Origin: Verrucomicrobiota bacterium
GTDB lineage: Bacteria > Verrucomicrobiota > Verrucomicrobiia > Limisphaerales > CANJXF01
Assembly: GCA_038214755.1 (NCBI GenBank)
Contig: JBBQRQ010000014.1
Coordinates: forward strand, 1-64,000
Reading direction: 5' to 3'
Length of the DNA: 64,000 nt
The notes under the pieces were generated by a model. The model had not been told where the DNA came from. It saw only the letters and a program-made list of their open reading frames with translations, and searched no databases. The first letter of the stretch is position 1. Each line of letters begins with the position of its first letter. Below are positions 1 through 9,065 of this stretch, one piece after another. Both the position numbers and the translations under genes were made by a program.

Positions 1-129
1 GTCGCCCTCACTGCGGTCATGCGCAAACTCCTCCTCCAAATGAATCGCCTCCTCAAAGAACACGCCCTCCATTGCCAAAAAACCAAAATCCAACCCGCTT
101 AATTTCCTTTGCTTTTGAACACCGTTGCT
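1..129 (+). mobile_element. 3' end of an IS110-family element (transposase C-terminus 1..102, right end to about 129)
   Basis: Frame 1 reads VALTAVMRKLLLQMNRLLK...PA*, typical of the IS110/IS116 transposase C-terminus. A short tail ...aacaccgttgCT abuts half of a REP-like repeat. Confidence 0.75.
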
Positions 130-178
130 CCTCGGAGGAGATGGCCGGGGTGAGGTCGAGCGTTTCTCTTCACTGAAT
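130..178 (+). repeat. Right part of a CCCTCTCC-family hairpin repeat, interrupted by IS110
   Basis: cctcggaggagatggccggggtgagg...cgtttctcttcact aligns with the array unit at 2066-2110. Confidence 0.8.
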
Positions 179-336
179 GCGGCTATTCTGCGGTATTCGG
201 CTAGAATTTCATCCGTGACGGCGAGGAATATTTTGCGGCGGGCGAAGGCCAGCAAACACCGGCGCGAATCTCCGTTCCAGAAGATGGCGGAAACAACCGT
301 ATTGGTATCAAGAACGGCTTTTATTTTGCGCGGCAC
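179..336 (-). pseudogene. Truncated PIN-domain (VapC-like) toxin
   Basis: GTG at 336 gives MPRKIKAVLDTNTVVSAIFWNGDSRRCLL...VTDEILAEYRRIA, then the frame runs into repeat DNA. It overlaps the AbrB gene end and is not in the ORF track. Confidence 0.75.
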
Positions 337-586
337 GGCTTTCTTTGATGATTTGGTTGAGCATGTCGTTATCCTTTTTTGTAAACTTCTTTGCTTTCGA
401 AGCCCCGGAGAGTTTGAGCACGCGGCGGAATTCCTCCTCAGTGGGTTCGGGAATGGGCGTAATGTACAAACCGCCCGCAATCTGTGTGACCCGAAGCTGC
501 GTTTCAGGTTTTAAACCGGCCGATTCCACAAAAGATTTTGGGATGGTGCATTGGTTTTTGCTCGTCAAGGCGATCGTCGTTGTCAT
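308..586 (-). CDS. AbrB/MazE/SpoVT-family antitoxin
   Basis: MTTTIALTSKNQCTIPKSFVESAGLKPETQLRV (swapped-hairpin motif); lies upstream of the PIN gene. Confidence 0.8.
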   Translation of the reverse strand: MTTTIALTSKNQCTIPKSFVESAGLKPETQLRVTQIAGGLYITPIPEPTEEEFRRVLKLSGASKAKKFTKKDNDMLNQIIKESRAAQNKSRS

Positions 587-667
587 GCGGTAAGATTCCA
601 TTACTCGCTCAGTATTGTCAAAAGGCTTTTCCATCAAACGCGGAACGGGGAACGGGGGCATTAAAAA

Positions 668-878
668 GAGAGGATTGAAGATGGAAGATGGAAAACATCA
701 AACACCAAACACCAAACACCAAACACCAAACACCAAACACCAAACACCAAACACCAAACATTGAACATCGAACATTGAACATTGAACATCGAACATTGAA
801 CATTGAACATTGAACATTGAACATTGAACATTGAACATTGAACATTGAACATTGAACATTGAACATTGAACATTGAAC
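668..878. repeat. Heptamer tandem array (GAAGATG, AAACACC, GAACATT/C)
   Basis: Directly visible 7-bp periodicity. Confidence 0.95.
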
Positions 879-939
879 GAGCGGGGTTTTCAGGAAACGA
901 AATTGACTTAGAAATATTGAGCGTCATTTTAAAGACTAG

Positions 940-1200
940 ATGAAAACGCTCACCGCCACCAATGCCCGCCAGAATCTTGGCGCATGGCTCGAACGCGCCG
1001 CGCAGGGCGAAGACATCGGAATTGTTCACGCTGCCAGCGGAAAAATTATCGCGCTGCGCCCGGTGGAGGTTTACAGCGACGATTATGCTTTTACTGAATA
1101 CGGAATCAGCGATGAGCAAATGAAACGGGTGGAAAAAAAATTACAGTCTAAAGTCGAAGCCGACCGCAAAGCTGGCAGACTCAAACTGTGGAAGCCATGA
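940..1200 (+). CDS. Phd/YefM-family antitoxin (partner toxin missing)
   Basis: MKTLTATNARQNLGAWLERAAQGEDIGI. The ATGA-coupled downstream ORF runs into the repeat array after about 10 codons. Confidence 0.75.
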   Translation: MKTLTATNARQNLGAWLERAAQGEDIGIVHAASGKIIALRPVEVYSDDYAFTEYGISDEQMKRVEKKLQSKVEADRKAGRLKLWKP

Positions 1201-1227
1201 GCATTCTCAGGAGCCTTTTGGGAAAAA

Positions 1228-3385
1228 AGTTAGATGGGGAAAATTACGCCCGCCCACCCTCTTACCAAAACGCAGCAAAAGATTCTCCCTCTCCTTGGGG
1301 GGAGAGGGCCGGGGTGAGGGCGGACGTTTCTCTCCTAAAATAGTTCACGACCGACTTCAAAGTTAGATTGGGAAAATTTGTAGCTCGCCCTCACCCTTAC
1401 CCTCTCCCCCGAGGAGAGGGAAGTGTCATATACACCTTTCAACCGTGCGACTCCTATTTCCCTTTTCCGCCTTCTGGTTCGTAAGAGAAAACGCGCGATT
1501 GATCCGGAACCTCTGCATTACCAAAACGCCGCAAAAGATTCTCCCTCTCCTTGGGGGAGAGGGCCGGGGTGAGGGCGGACGTTTCTCTCCTAAAATAGTT
1601 CAGGACCGGCTTCAAAGTTAGATTGGGAAAATTTGTAGCTCGCCCTCACCCTTACCCTCTCCCCCGAGGAGAGGGAGCAGCGATCGACGTCTCTGAAAAG
1701 TTAGCGAGCGTTGGATCATTTTCGCTTTCTGGGCTGGTGGAAGAAAAGCGCAGTAGGTTCACCACGTCGCCACTAGCCAAATCGCCGCAAAAGATTCTCC
1801 CTCTCCTTGGGGGAGAGGGCCGGGGTGAGGGCGGACGTTTCTCTCCACTAAAATAGTTCAGGACCGACTTCAAAGTTAGATTGGGAAATTTGCAGCTCGC
1901 CCTCACCCTTACCCTCTCCCCCGGAAGAGGGAAATACCTTTGCGCAGCTCTGGGACATTTGTGAGTTTGTTCTCTCTTTTTCGCCTTCTGGTTATTCGTA
2001 AGAGAAAACGCGCGATGATCCGGAAACCTCTGCATTACCAAAACGCAACGAAAAATTCTCCCTCTCCTCGGGGGAGAGGGCCGGGGTGAGGGCGGACGTT
2101 TCTCTCCACTAAAATAGTTCAGGACCGGCTTCAAAGTTAGATGGGGAAAATTTGTAGCTCGCCCTCACCCTTACCCTCTCCCCCGAGGAGAGGGAAGTGT
2201 CATATACACCTTTCAACCGTGCGACTCTATTTCTCCTTTCCGCCTTCTGGTTATTCGTAAGAGAAAACGCGCGATTGATCCGGAACCTCCGCTTTACCAA
2301 AACGCGATGAAAAATTCTCCCTCTCCACGGGAGAGAGGGCCGGGGTGAGGGCGGACGTTTCTCTCCTAAAATAGTTCAGGACCGACTTCAAAGTTAGATG
2401 GGGAAAATTTGTAGCTCGCCCTCACCCTTACCCTCTCCCCCGAGGAGAGGGAGCAGCCATCGACCTCTCTGAAAAGTTAGCGAGCGTTGGATCATTTTCG
2501 CTTTCTGGTCTGGTGGAAGAAAAGCGCAGTAGGCTCACCACGTCGCCAATAGCCAAAACGCCGCAAAAGATTCTCCCTCTCCACGGGGGAGAGGGCCGGG
2601 GTGAGGGCGGACGTTTCTCTCCACTAAAATAGTTCAGGACCGACTTCAAAGTTAGATTGGGAAAATTTGTAGCTCGCCCTCACCCTTACCCTCTCCCCCG
2701 AGGAGAGGGAAATACCTTTGCGCATCTCTGGGACATTTGTGAGTTTGTTCTCTCTTTTCCGGCTTCTGGTTCGTAAGAGAAAACGCGCAATGATCCGGAA
2801 ACCTCTGCACTACCAAAACGCGATGAAAAATTCTCCCTCTCCACGGGGAGAGAGGGCAAGGGTGAGAGCGAGCGTTCATCTGATTTCTTCCCAAATTTTC
2901 AGACCGCTCTATACTTGGCTCATGCCCGACGTCAAACGCGCCCGCTCTCTACGGAAGAATCCGACGTGGGCCGAAAAACTGATGTGGAGTTGGCTGCGAG
3001 ATCGGCGCTTCAGCGCTTATAAATTCCGTCGCGGCCATCCACTCGGAAAATATTTTTTGGACTTCTTTTGCGCGGAAGCGAATCTATCGATTGAACTCGA
3101 CGGCGGCGGTCACGGGCATCCTGAACAATGCGTTCAAGATCTGGAACGAACGGGATTTCTGAACTCGATGGGAATTAAAGAGCTTCGCTTTTGGAACTCT
3201 CGCTTGCGGCGCGAACAGCAATCCATTCGCGACACGATTTTTTACGAGTTGCAGGTCCGCGCGCCCCATCCGCTGCCGAATTACACCAGACCTATCGCGG
3301 GGTCAGATGGGAACCGAAACAGAAGTTAGATTGGGAAAAATGACGCTCGCCCTTACCCTTGGCCCTCTCCCCCCGGGGAGAGGGA
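1228..3385. repeat. Array of inverted hairpin repeats (REPIN/BIME-like), about 258-bp period
   Basis: ctccctctcc-NNgg-gggagagggccggggtgaggg starts at 1285, 1541, 1797, 2058, 2317, 2573 and 2833. Each is followed by an inverted copy (ccctcacccttaccctctcccc..gagaggga). Confidence 0.95.
2922..3329 (+). CDS. DUF559 / Vsr-like endonuclease domain protein
   Basis: RARSLRKNPTWAEKLMWSWLRDRRFSAYKFRR..LDFFC..IELDGGGH..D..R..L..GIKELRFWN. Confidence 0.9.
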   Translation: MPDVKRARSLRKNPTWAEKLMWSWLRDRRFSAYKFRRGHPLGKYFLDFFCAEANLSIELDGGGHGHPEQCVQDLERTGFLNSMGIKELRFWNSRLRREQQSIRDTIFYELQVRAPHPLPNYTRPIAGSDGNRNRS

Positions 3386-3400
3386 ATTAGCTACCGCCTT

Positions 3401-3706
3401 TTATCGGATAAATTTAATAAGGCCGGCGATGATGGGGATAAGGCCGATCCAGAAAATAAACATCCAACGAAGGAGTTCGGATTTGACGTTGGCAAGTTCT
3501 TTGGCGAATTCTACTCGGACCTGGGCGAATTCTTTGGTCATTTCCAATCGCAATTGAGCGATATCCTCTTTGGTGGCGAGGACTTTGGATTGTTCGAGAT
3601 TATTTTCGGTGAACGCTTGCTCCATGGAATGGGCAATGGCGCGAGCGGTGCGCGGTTCGACATTGGCGGCTTCGAGGATTTCGTAAATTTTGAGCGTGCT
3701 CACCAT
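3401..3706 (-). CDS. DUF1640/CCDC90-like coiled-coil protein with C-terminal TM helix
   Basis: LATKEDI motif, heptad coiled coil, ELLRWMFIFWIG TM segment. Confidence 0.75.
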   Translation of the reverse strand: MVSTLKIYEILEAANVEPRTARAIAHSMEQAFTENNLEQSKVLATKEDIAQLRLEMTKEFAQVRVEFAKELANVKSELLRWMFIFWIGLIPIIAGLIKFIR

Positions 3707-3739
3707 TGGCTTTATTCAAAGCGGAACAGGCGGGAAAGT

Positions 3740-3880
3740 CAACGATTTACGATTTGCCGAACGACCTTCAACGCGGAACGCGGAATGCGGAACGCGGAAA
3801 GGGGATCAAACATCGTTCAACGAATAGAGGATGGAGGATGGAAAACATTGAACATCGAACATTGAACATCCAACTCTCAA
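3740..3880. repeat. Mixed heptamer arrays (ACGATTT, CGGAACG, GAGGATG, GAACATC); partly repeated at 4218-4310
   Basis: Visible 7-bp periodicity. Confidence 0.85.
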
Positions 3881-3893
3881 CTAGACTGCTGCT

Positions 3894-4185
3894 TTATCGG
3901 ATAAATTTGATGAGTCCGGCGATGATGGAGATGAGGCCGATCCAGAATATAAACATCCAGCGGATGAGTTCGGATTTAAAGTTCGCAATCTCTACTCGGA
4001 GTTGAGCGAACTCTTCGGCCATGCCTGATCGCGATTAAGCAAGATCCTCTTTGGTGGCGAGGACTTTGGATTGTTCGAGATTGTTCTCAGTGAAGGCGCT
4101 CAATGGGTTTAGCAATGGCGCGAGCGGTGCGCGGTTCGACATTGGCGGCCTCGAGGATTTCGTAAATTTTCAGCGTGCTCACCAT
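3894..4185 (-). pseudogene. Degenerate second copy of the DUF1640-like gene
   Basis: Same start MVSTLKIYEILEAANVEPRTARAIA and same end GLIKFIR*. Carries a 2-bp deletion near 4098 and an in-frame TAA near 4036. Confidence 0.85.
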
Positions 4186-4378
4186 GTGCTGTATTCAAAT
4201 TGGAACCGAGTGGAAAGTCAACGAAACGATTTGACGAACGACGAACATCCTTCAACGCGGAACGCGGAATGCGGAACGCGGAAAGGGGGGAATCAAACAT
4301 CGTTCAACGAGGAAGGCGAAACGCGGAAAAATATCGAACAGGCACAAAGGACATTGAGGAAGGATTGAAAATCCCCTT

Positions 4379-4825
4379 TCAAATCTCTATGCGCGTCCGT
4401 CCGGTTTTTCCGCGTTCCGCGTTGGAGGCGTTCTTTGGCCGAAAATAAAGGACTCTCGCGTGCGGGTATTTTTTCAGGGCGCGATCGGAAGTAACCAGCG
4501 TTAACCCATGAGCGCGCGCGGTGGCGACAATCATTTGATCGTAAGGATCTCGGTTTGGAAAAGCAGGCAGCGCGACTGAATCGGCGGCGATATCCGGGGA
4601 GATGGTGAGAACCTCAATTCCGTTCAATGCGCCTGGCAGCCAAGCTGAAAGGGAAGTTCCTAAATCCAGCTTTCCGTCTGCTGCCTTTAATGCGATCTCG
4701 CGCAATGAAACACAACTCAAACTGACCCTCGGCTGGGCTGCGATGGTTTGGAGCGCGGTGGAGGGGAGTCGTTCCGGTTCGCGAACGAACATAAACCAAA
4801 TGCCTGAGTCCAGGAGATAGCGCAT
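4379..4825 (-). CDS. vapC: PIN-domain VapC toxin
   Basis: YLLDSG...SLREIA...RDPYDQMIVATA...LVTSD. Confidence 0.9.
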   Translation of the reverse strand: MRYLLDSGIWFMFVREPERLPSTALQTIAAQPRVSLSCVSLREIALKAADGKLDLGTSLSAWLPGALNGIEVLTISPDIAADSVALPAFPNRDPYDQMIVATARAHGLTLVTSDRALKKYPHARVLYFRPKNASNAERGKTGRTRIEI

Positions 4826-5040
4826 TACCACTTTGGTTCTTCGGTCGGTTGGTCAAAATCTTTAGGCAATGGCCCGCCCAATCCGGCGTGAGCGCCAATG
4901 AAGGAACCTGATTTTCTTTTGGGCACAAGCGCGGCAATAATTTTGCCCTGCCGCTGGATGTCCACCGACTCGCCGTTTTCTGCGCGATCAAGCAGGGTGG
5001 AAAGGGAGTGTTTTAATTCTCGCGCGGTGACGGTTTTCAT
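4825..5040 (-). CDS. Phd/YefM antitoxin
   Basis: MKTVTARELKHSLSTLLDRAENGESVDIQRQGKIIAALVP; TAATG-coupled to vapC. Confidence 0.9.
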   Translation of the reverse strand: MKTVTARELKHSLSTLLDRAENGESVDIQRQGKIIAALVPKRKSGSFIGAHAGLGGPLPKDFDQPTEEPKW

Positions 5041-5107
5041 GTGACACAAGTTGTGACACATTTTCCAAGAAGGCAAGAGGGGAAAAGGGTGGAAGGGCTT
5101 GGAAAAA

Positions 5108-5387
5108 TTTACGATTTACGATTAGGGAAAGGAACCACAAAGGCACAGAGGGGGAAAGACCTCAAACACTCAACCTCAAACACCAAACCTCAAACATCGA
5201 ACATCCAACATCGAACATCCAACATCGAACATCCAACATCGAACATCCAACATCCAACATCGAACATCCAACATCCAACATCGAACATCGAACATCCAAC
5301 ATCGAACATCGAACATCGAACATCCAACATCGAACATCGAACATCCAACATCCCCATCATCCATCTTCGATTCTCTATTCTCCATTC
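5108..5387. repeat. Heptamer tandem array (AACATCG/AACATCC) with flanking heptamer variants
   Basis: Visible 7-bp periodicity. Confidence 0.95.
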
Positions 5388-5665
5388 CGCCTTCTCACGT
5401 CGGCGGCTACGAGGAAAAAAGTTAAACTCAGAAAACTTACGCTCTCCCTTGCCCCCACCGTTTCGCCGAGGAGAAGAAATAGGATCGGCGTCTCGCGAAG
5501 TTCGGAAGCTCGTGGTGTCATTTCCGCTTTCGGGTCATTCGCAGCCTGCGCTGAAATTGTTCCAGCTCAAGCTAAGCACTCGCATTGCTTTGGCGACCTG
5601 TCCGGCGTTCGGTTGTTGCAGAAATCGGTGTTGCACTTTGGACCTCGTCTCGCCAAAAGTAGGCC

Positions 5666-6202
5666 ATGAAGATTGATCGTCCCGGACAACACCTTGACCA
5701 CATGCTTCGTGGCACGCGCTGGCATCATGCCCAACTGAGCACCATGGCTGATATGAAGGCCAACATGCTTCTGACCATGTCTGCGGTCATCATAACTTTG
5801 GCCACACCTCATGTCTTCCAAGCGGGTGAAGGCGCGCCCTGGCCGTTTCTTGTTTTGATTATTTTTTCCTTGGTCACGGCATGTCTGGCTGCCTATGCCG
5901 TGATGCCGAAACTTATGCTCTCGCAGAAAGACCAGCCACCGGTCGAGATAGGAAGCCCGCAGTTCAACCTGCTTTTTTTTGGAGACTTCGTTCATCTTCC
6001 CTATCCGCAGTTTGAGTCGGCGATGGAGGAGATGATGAATGACCATAACCGCGTCTATCAAGCTCAGGTGAAGGAGATCTACCTTCTCGGCATTTATCTG
6101 GCCCAAAAGAAATATCGAATCCTTCGGCTTGGTTATATTTCGTTTATCGCAGGATTGATCACCAGCTTCGTTTTCATGCTGTTGGGAGTAGCGTTGCGGT
6201 GA
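5666..6202 (+). CDS. Pycsar effector-like (DUF5706) membrane protein
   Basis: ADMKANMLL, two TM helices, NLLFFGDF, LAQKKYRILRLGY plus TM. Confidence 0.8.
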   Translation: MKIDRPGQHLDHMLRGTRWHHAQLSTMADMKANMLLTMSAVIITLATPHVFQAGEGAPWPFLVLIIFSLVTACLAAYAVMPKLMLSQKDQPPVEIGSPQFNLLFFGDFVHLPYPQFESAMEEMMNDHNRVYQAQVKEIYLLGIYLAQKKYRILRLGYISFIAGLITSFVFMLLGVALR

Positions 6203-6279
6203 GCCTTTGTCGCTTTGTTCACTTGCGATGAAATCAGGTTCCTCGATATTGCTGGGCGGTAGAGTATCGAAGACGGGGT

Positions 6280-6405
6280 TTTACCGCGAAGGTCGCAAAG
6301 GCTCTCGCAGAGGAACGCAGACTAATAGCCTTCCGACCAAGCCGTTTGCCTTTTCCAACTTTTCTTTGCGCCCTCTGCGTGAACCGTCGCGCCCTCTGCG
6401 TTTAA
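6280..6405. repeat. Empty inverted CGCAGAG/CTCTGCG repeat pair (GxxExxY-flank type)
   Basis: ttttaccgcgaaggtcgcaaagg..cgcagag ... ctctgcgtgaacc..ccctctgcgtttaa; matches repeats at 48563-49283. Confidence 0.8.
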
Positions 6406-6487
6406 GCCGGTGGATTTGCCACCCGACGAACCGCCGAACAGCCAAAGAGATTGATATTTTTCTTCGACGAAAAATTGACCAGTCATC

Positions 6488-7690
6488 ATGAACGTCGCTT
6501 CGACCGATAGCATCCCTCCTGTCTTCACAGATAAAAAATTTTACGCCTGGTTTCTCTTTGTTTGCCTGTTCTGGATCGTGGCCATCAGCAGCAAAAGTTT
6601 ATGGCTGGATGAAGCCCACACCGCCAGTTTGAAAGCGACTCAATCCATCTCGGAATGGTGGCGCGACGACGTCGTCGAGCGGGGCGAGACGCAGATGCCG
6701 CTCTATGTTTTTTATCTCTGGGGAGTCATGAAGTGGTTTGGCGCGAGGGAGTGGGCGTTGCGCGCGGCAAATCTCCCCTGGGTCTTTCTCGGTTTATGGG
6801 CCTGGCTTCGCGTCGCGGAAAATTCCTTGAAACAAAGCATCGCGCTGGCGGCGGCGACCAGTCCATTTCTTTGGTATTACCTGAATGAGTCGCGGCCGTA
6901 CGCGATGCAAATCGGAAGCAGCTTTCTCATCTTTGCCGCGCTGCAAGGTCTTTATAAAAATTCCGCCGCCACATCCGGAACGCCGGGAGAATCGCGGCAT
7001 CACGTTGACACACGATTTTGGACGACAGCGTTTTGTGTTGGAGTCATCGTTCTCTCCGGCAGCAATCTGCTCGGCGCAATTTGGGCTGGCGCCTTCATTG
7101 CCACCGCGCTGGGTATTTTTGGCTGGGAACAAATCAAAAGCATCGCGAAAAAAAATCCGCTTTTAATTGGCGTTACCTGCGCGGTGCTGCCCGGCCTCGG
7201 GCTTTACTATCTCTGGACACTGAAAGTTGGCGGCAGAGGGAGTCCGGGAAAAACGGACGCGAGAAATTTTATTTTCATCGCCTATGAACTGTCGGGATTC
7301 GGCGGACTGGGGCCGGGACGTTTGAGCATTCGCGAGAACGGCTTGAAATCGTTTCGTCCGTATGTGGTCTGGCTTTTTGCTTACGCCATTTTTTTTGCGC
7401 CAATTATTTTTTTAGGAATCCGGCAGGCATGGCGGGTTGACCCGAAAATTTTTCCAGGATTCGCTCTTCTGTTTTTTGGCGGTGGGTCGGTCTTTCTATT
7501 TCTGGTTGGAATTTTTACGGGATTTAGGATTCTGGGCCGACATTTCTCGGCGGCGAGCGACGAAATTTCAAGCGCTTCACGGGCGCATCTTGACACCACC
7601 ACCAAAGTAGTGGGGCAGACATCCTGTCTGCCATCGGGGCTTCCAGCCCCAGGATTCGCGGGCAAGATGCCCGCTCAGACAGGCTGGTAG
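6488..7690 (+). CDS. GT-C-fold (PMT-like) membrane glycosyltransferase, probably 3'-truncated
   Basis: SLWLDEA, PLY, SPFLWYYLNESRPYA and many TM helices. The last ~40 codons are repeat DNA. Confidence 0.65.
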   Translation: MNVASTDSIPPVFTDKKFYAWFLFVCLFWIVAISSKSLWLDEAHTASLKATQSISEWWRDDVVERGETQMPLYVFYLWGVMKWFGAREWALRAANLPWVFLGLWAWLRVAENSLKQSIALAAATSPFLWYYLNESRPYAMQIGSSFLIFAALQGLYKNSAATSGTPGESRHHVDTRFWTTAFCVGVIVLSGSNLLGAIWAGAFIATALGIFGWEQIKSIAKKNPLLIGVTCAVLPGLGLYYLWTLKVGGRGSPGKTDARNFIFIAYELSGFGGLGPGRLSIRENGLKSFRPYVVWLFAYAIFFAPIIFLGIRQAWRVDPKIFPGFALLFFGGGSVFLFLVGIFTGFRILGRHFSAASDEISSASRAHLDTTTKVVGQTSCLPSGLPAPGFAGKMPAQTGW

Positions 7691-7740
7691 CCTGCCCCAC
7701 TCCATCTGATTGGATTGGTGGTGGGGTCACGATGCGCCTG
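7580..7740. mobile_element. MITE-like element with TIR GGGCGCATCTTGACACCACCACCAA enclosing a REP pair
   Basis: 7580-7606 is an inverted repeat of 7712-7740; the internal pair is gtggggcag...ctgccccac. Confidence 0.7.
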
Positions 7741-7804
7741 CGCTTCACTGACCGTTGGCAAAACAATTGACCCCCATCGACAAAAGCTGGCTTAATTTCC
7801 AACC

Positions 7805-9049
7805 ATGAAAATTTCAATGGCGATCTCGCTTCTTTTACTTCTGACCTCCCGCGAATCTTTCGCCCTCGGCAAACAACTCTCCGGCCAACACGCGCCCGCC
7901 AACTCCGCTGCTCTTTCCCCCACTGAAGCGCAGAAAAAATTCGTCGTTCCCGACGGTTTTGACGTTCGTCTTTTCGCCGCCGAACCGGACGTGGTGAATC
8001 CGGTTGCGGTGACCTGGGACGAACGCGGTCGCCTCTGGGTTTTGGAACTTTACGAATATCCCAACGGCGCGCCTGCCGGACAAAAAGGGCGCGACCGAAT
8101 CCGCATTCTGGAAGACACGGACAACGACGGACGCGCCGATAAATTCACGACCTTTGTCGATGGATTGAATCTCGCGACGGGACTTCTCCTCGGCAATGGC
8201 GGCGTTTACGTCGGCCAAGCGCCGCATTTGCTTTTTTTGCAGGACACAAATCACGACGACAAAGCCGACACGCGCCAAATTTTGCTGACGGGTTTCGCTT
8301 TGCATGATCGCCACGAATTGCTCAATGGATTCACCTGGGGACCCGACGGCTGGCTCTACATGACGCACGGTGTTTTCACTTACTCGAAAGTAAAAATTCC
8401 TGAAGCAACCACTCCCGGCGTCGAGATGAACGCAGCCGTCGCGCGCTTTGATCCGCGCACGAAAAAATTTGAAATTTTCGCCGACGGCACGAGCAATCCG
8501 TGGGGAGTTGACTTCGACAAATATGGAAACGCCTTCGTCAGCGCGTGCGTCATCGACCATTTATTTCACATGGCGGCGGGCGGAATTTATCAGCGGCAAG
8601 GCGGCGTGCCGGGAAATCCCTACGCTTACGAATTGCTGCCATCCATCGTCGATCACAAACATCACATGGCGGCTTATGCGGGCATTTGCATTTATCAAGG
8701 CGACAATTTTCCCGAGGAATATCGCGGCCACGTTTTCTTCGGCAACATTCATCAAAACGCGATCAACCACGACCGCCTGATTCCAAACGGTTCCAGTTTC
8801 AAAGCCGTTGTCGAAAAAGATTTTCTCACGACGAGTGACGGATGGTTTCGTCCAGTGAGCGAACAAACCGGCCCGGACGGCGCGCTCTGGATCGCCGATT
8901 GGTATGACAAATATCCGTGCTACCAAAACGCGCAGGCTGATCCCGAAGGCGTGGATCGCGAGCGCGGGAGAATCTGGCGGGTGGTTTATTTCGGGAATGA
9001 GAAAGGAAAAAAAAATTCCGCCAGCACCTTGAAATTGCGAAATCGGTAA
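7805..9049 (+). CDS. PVC-type dehydrogenase-like beta-propeller (N-terminal half of the PVC-type heme-binding CxxCH protein)
   Basis: Signal peptide; FAAEPDVVNPVAVTWDERGRLWV, LEDTDNDGRADK, GPDGWLY, NPWG, FRPV..GPDGALWIADWY, GRIWRV. Confidence 0.85.
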   Translation: MKISMAISLLLLLTSRESFALGKQLSGQHAPANSAALSPTEAQKKFVVPDGFDVRLFAAEPDVVNPVAVTWDERGRLWVLELYEYPNGAPAGQKGRDRIRILEDTDNDGRADKFTTFVDGLNLATGLLLGNGGVYVGQAPHLLFLQDTNHDDKADTRQILLTGFALHDRHELLNGFTWGPDGWLYMTHGVFTYSKVKIPEATTPGVEMNAAVARFDPRTKKFEIFADGTSNPWGVDFDKYGNAFVSACVIDHLFHMAAGGIYQRQGGVPGNPYAYELLPSIVDHKHHMAAYAGICIYQGDNFPEEYRGHVFFGNIHQNAINHDRLIPNGSSFKAVVEKDFLTTSDGWFRPVSEQTGPDGALWIADWYDKYPCYQNAQADPEGVDRERGRIWRVVYFGNEKGKKNSASTLKLRNR

Positions 9050-9065
9050 ACGCGAATTCATACAA

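Noticed and set aside
618..1119. ORFs with MFNVQCS repeats (also 5041-5676, 5162-5385)
   Set aside because: Translations of heptamer DNA arrays.
1228..2900. CRISPR array
   Set aside because: Constant parts are ~150 bp with inverted hairpins, the spacers are themselves repeated, and there are no cas genes.
1623..2921. ORFs with PSPRPSPP / LGGEGRGEG peptides and the N-terminal extension of the DUF559 ORF
   Set aside because: Translations of the hairpin repeats; the likely start is 2922.
300..6400. Integron cassette array
   Set aside because: No intI, no recognisable attC sites, and genes lie on both strands.
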